Positions 61,944 through 64,000 of a DNA stretch of 64,000 bases are shown piece by piece. Origin of the DNA: Microthyrium microscopicum (taxonomy: Eukaryota). Both the position numbers and the translations under genes were made by a program. The DNA lies in the NCBI GenBank assembly GCA_010405405.1, contig MU004239.1, forward strand, positions 1 through 64,000. The letters run 5' to 3'. The notes beneath the pieces are model-generated. The model ran no database searches and had not been told where the DNA came from. It was given only the letters and a program-made list of their open reading frames with translations. The first letter of the stretch is position 1. Each line of letters begins with the position of its first letter.

Positions 61944-64000
61944 ATGGATTCACCCGAGAGGATAAAACGTCGGCAGGAAATCATCGATAGCGAACCAATG
62001 GACGTTGCCGATGATAGGGGTAACCTGTCTGTATCTCTTGTCCTGGATCAAGACGCGCTGGAGCGTATGTACCGGGCTATGCAGGCAGAAGAGGATATGG
62101 ATAAACACAAAAGCTTCGATGAATTCATAACTGCAATCAAAGAAGGCGATTCACGACATTTGCAGTGGGTCATAGTACATTGGCTTTCTAGACCTCGAAC
62201 GGGGGACGCCGTATGGGCCCCAGGCTATGAGCACTGTGATCTCCGGGGCGAAAGCGTTCCGCGGGATGTTGCAGAGCGATACGTCGAATACGGCAAAAGG
62301 CTCGGGCCCAAAGCAGAGGCTCGTTTACTTACTCTGGAAGACGTTGTGCGGATCTGGGCGCCTGCCGAACAAACAAGAATTGTCACTCGACACGGCTTTG
62401 GGATCTATTTCCTAGAAGGTTATCCTCCTCATGAATTCCTGCAGCTTCTGAATACTCTCTCGCAGCGAGACGACAAGGAGACCAGTTCTCGTGCACGAGC
62501 AATTCTCAACTCTCGTGAGGCCGAAGACCTCAGAACACAACTGCGTCAAAGCATGGAATCAGCCAAAAGCATGAGGAAACTGCTTCGTAAAGATGAAGGT
62601 CTTCAAAAACTTCTGACACCGTTGAACCCGTACAATTTTGACAACAAGGAGTATGTCATTTACTTTGCTCGTGAACATCCATTTTACCGCAACGCAAGTA
62701 CAGATCAATCTAGTCACGAATTGGAATGCTATCTAGATGACATTGCAGAGTTTGCACTGCAAATCGACGATCCTCTAGAGTTGGATCCAATTCCTATTGT
62801 CATCGAGTGTCTGCGAGAGTACACTACCATCAAGCGGTGGCTAGAGAAGAGACCAGCCAACGTCGTCCTCACCGCTGCAACTCGCGAAAGTACTACTCAA
62901 CCTTCATTGCCTAGTCAACTAGTCTACATACCGGACAATTCACTAAACAAGCGGAAACGAACCGAAGAGGAGGAAATCTTTACAGATGCTGCATCGGAGC
63001 TGCAAGTCCCAGGTGCCAAAAGGCAACGAGTGGAGCCTTTAGGCGACGCTCAGACTCCAGTTGTAGCCGGTCCAAGCGGTACCAACGCATTCACGGCCGT
63101 TTTTGATGCTAATTCACCTTCGGCTTCCACAAATGGCGCCCCTGGAAAGCAAAGATACGTCTCTGCTAGATCTACGCCTCGTTTTGAGTCATTAGATCTT
63201 CTCGACATGACACGGCAAGCTGAAAGTCAAACTGGAGTTGATGTACCCTCGAGTGCCACTGCTGGACAGATGCAATTAATTCCTGGGACTGAAACTGGTA
63301 TTGGCGCTGAAATAACACAGAAACCGGTGGAGTCCCAACAAGTGTCTGCAAAATTAGCAAGCTTAGATGCTCCGACCAAAGATTTCATCCATGCCAGGGG
63401 TAATAACCATGACCTCGAAGGAAACACCAAAACACTCAGCCATGTTTCTGAAGAGTCGGAGGAGGAATCAGAGGAGGATTCCGATAGTGAAGACGAATCC
63501 GGTGTACCTGAAGACGAAAAGGAGAGTGCGATGCCTGATGCTCCAAAAGAATATATTCCCAAGGCCACCCTTGAAACAGAAGCCTCGCCTCAGACAATTC
63601 TAGATGACTCTAGCTCTGAGGAAGACACTGAATCATCCGAAGATGAGGACGATGTCCCAATTTCCGACACGATACAGCCTCTTGTACAAAGTACTGAAAA
63701 CACAAGCGTCACTGGAGTAGACCAGGAAAAGTCCGAAGCAAGTCATAGCAGCAACAAGGCCGGGAAACAGCCTATGAAAACTTCAGAGTCAAATGTAGCC
63801 AATATTCTGCCTAATGAAGTTTCAACTTTGGCGAAAGCAACACCTGCTGCGACCTCCTACCCAAACCCAGACACTGCATCAACATCGGTGGATCTCCTCA
63901 AACAATCACTAAATCCTCAATCGACCCCTCCCAGTCCTCCTAAGCCACCCAGCGGCCAACTGGCCCAACATGCAAGCTTAGAGGTGCCCCATGTCCCTAC
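61944..64000 (+). CDS. Hypothetical protein, >685 aa, runs off the window end; missing from the ORF track
   Basis: AAAATG start at 61944 (MDSPERIKRRQEIIDSE...). I translated it to 64000 without a stop. Folded-looking N-terminal third, NLS-like KRKR...KRQR, acidic tracts. Confidence 0.8.
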   Translation, partial: MDSPERIKRRQEIIDSEPMDVADDRGNLSVSLVLDQDALERMYRAMQAEEDMDKHKSFDEFITAIKEGDSRHLQWVIVHWLSRPRTGDAVWAPGYEHCDLRGESVPRDVAERYVEYGKRLGPKAEARLLTLEDVVRIWAPAEQTRIVTRHGFGIYFLEGYPPHEFLQLLNTLSQRDDKETSSRARAILNSREAEDLRTQLRQSMESAKSMRKLLRKDEGLQKLLTPLNPYNFDNKEYVIYFAREHPFYRNASTDQSSHELECYLDDIAEFALQIDDPLELDPIPIVIECLREYTTIKRWLEKRPANVVLTAATRESTTQPSLPSQLVYIPDNSLNKRKRTEEEEIFTDAASELQVPGAKRQRVEPLGDAQTPVVAGPSGTNAFTAVFDANSPSASTNGAPGKQRYVSARSTPRFESLDLLDMTRQAESQTGVDVPSSATAGQMQLIPGTETGIGAEITQKPVESQQVSAKLASLDAPTKDFIHARGNNHDLEGNTKTLSHVSEESEEESEEDSDSEDESGVPEDEKESAMPDAPKEYIPKATLETEASPQTILDDSSSEEDTESSEDEDDVPISDTIQPLVQSTENTSVTGVDQEKSEASHSSNKAGKQPMKTSESNVANILPNEVSTLAKATPAATSYPNPDTASTSVDLLKQSLNPQSTPPSPPKPPSGQLAQHASLEVPHVP

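Overview
Gene-dense 64 kb window from a filamentous ascomycete (Pezizomycotina-type GT..CTRAY..YAG introns, RIP-mutated repeat). I can support 27 protein genes: TMLD, an LRR protein, CAB2, a GPI cell-wall protein, ornithine decarboxylase, KIN17, BDP1, a CobW/ZNG1 GTPase, ARPC1, two MFS transporters, an AA12-like propeller, an SDR, BET1, TCD1/2, ELP6, a CHK2-like kinase, a CE1 esterase, ESC2/Rad60, LSM6, SEC59, a CsbD-like protein, a GH31, GGT and two hypothetical genes (one truncated by the window edge). Three features are invisible to the ORF track. (1) A spliced, AUU-initiated 52-codon uORF ending R-P-P-stop in the AUG-free ODC leader, a likely polyamine-sensing uCC. (2) An intron-containing U3 snoRNA gene with a Tbf1-like telobox upstream. 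(3) A complete 7,039-bp RIP-destroyed Ty3/Gypsy element with 156-bp LTRs, a 5-bp TSD and an intact 11-nt Tf1-type self-priming signal. All three belong to classes already described in fungi. I found no wholly new system that I can support. Splice sites and family calls were made by eye, without searches.
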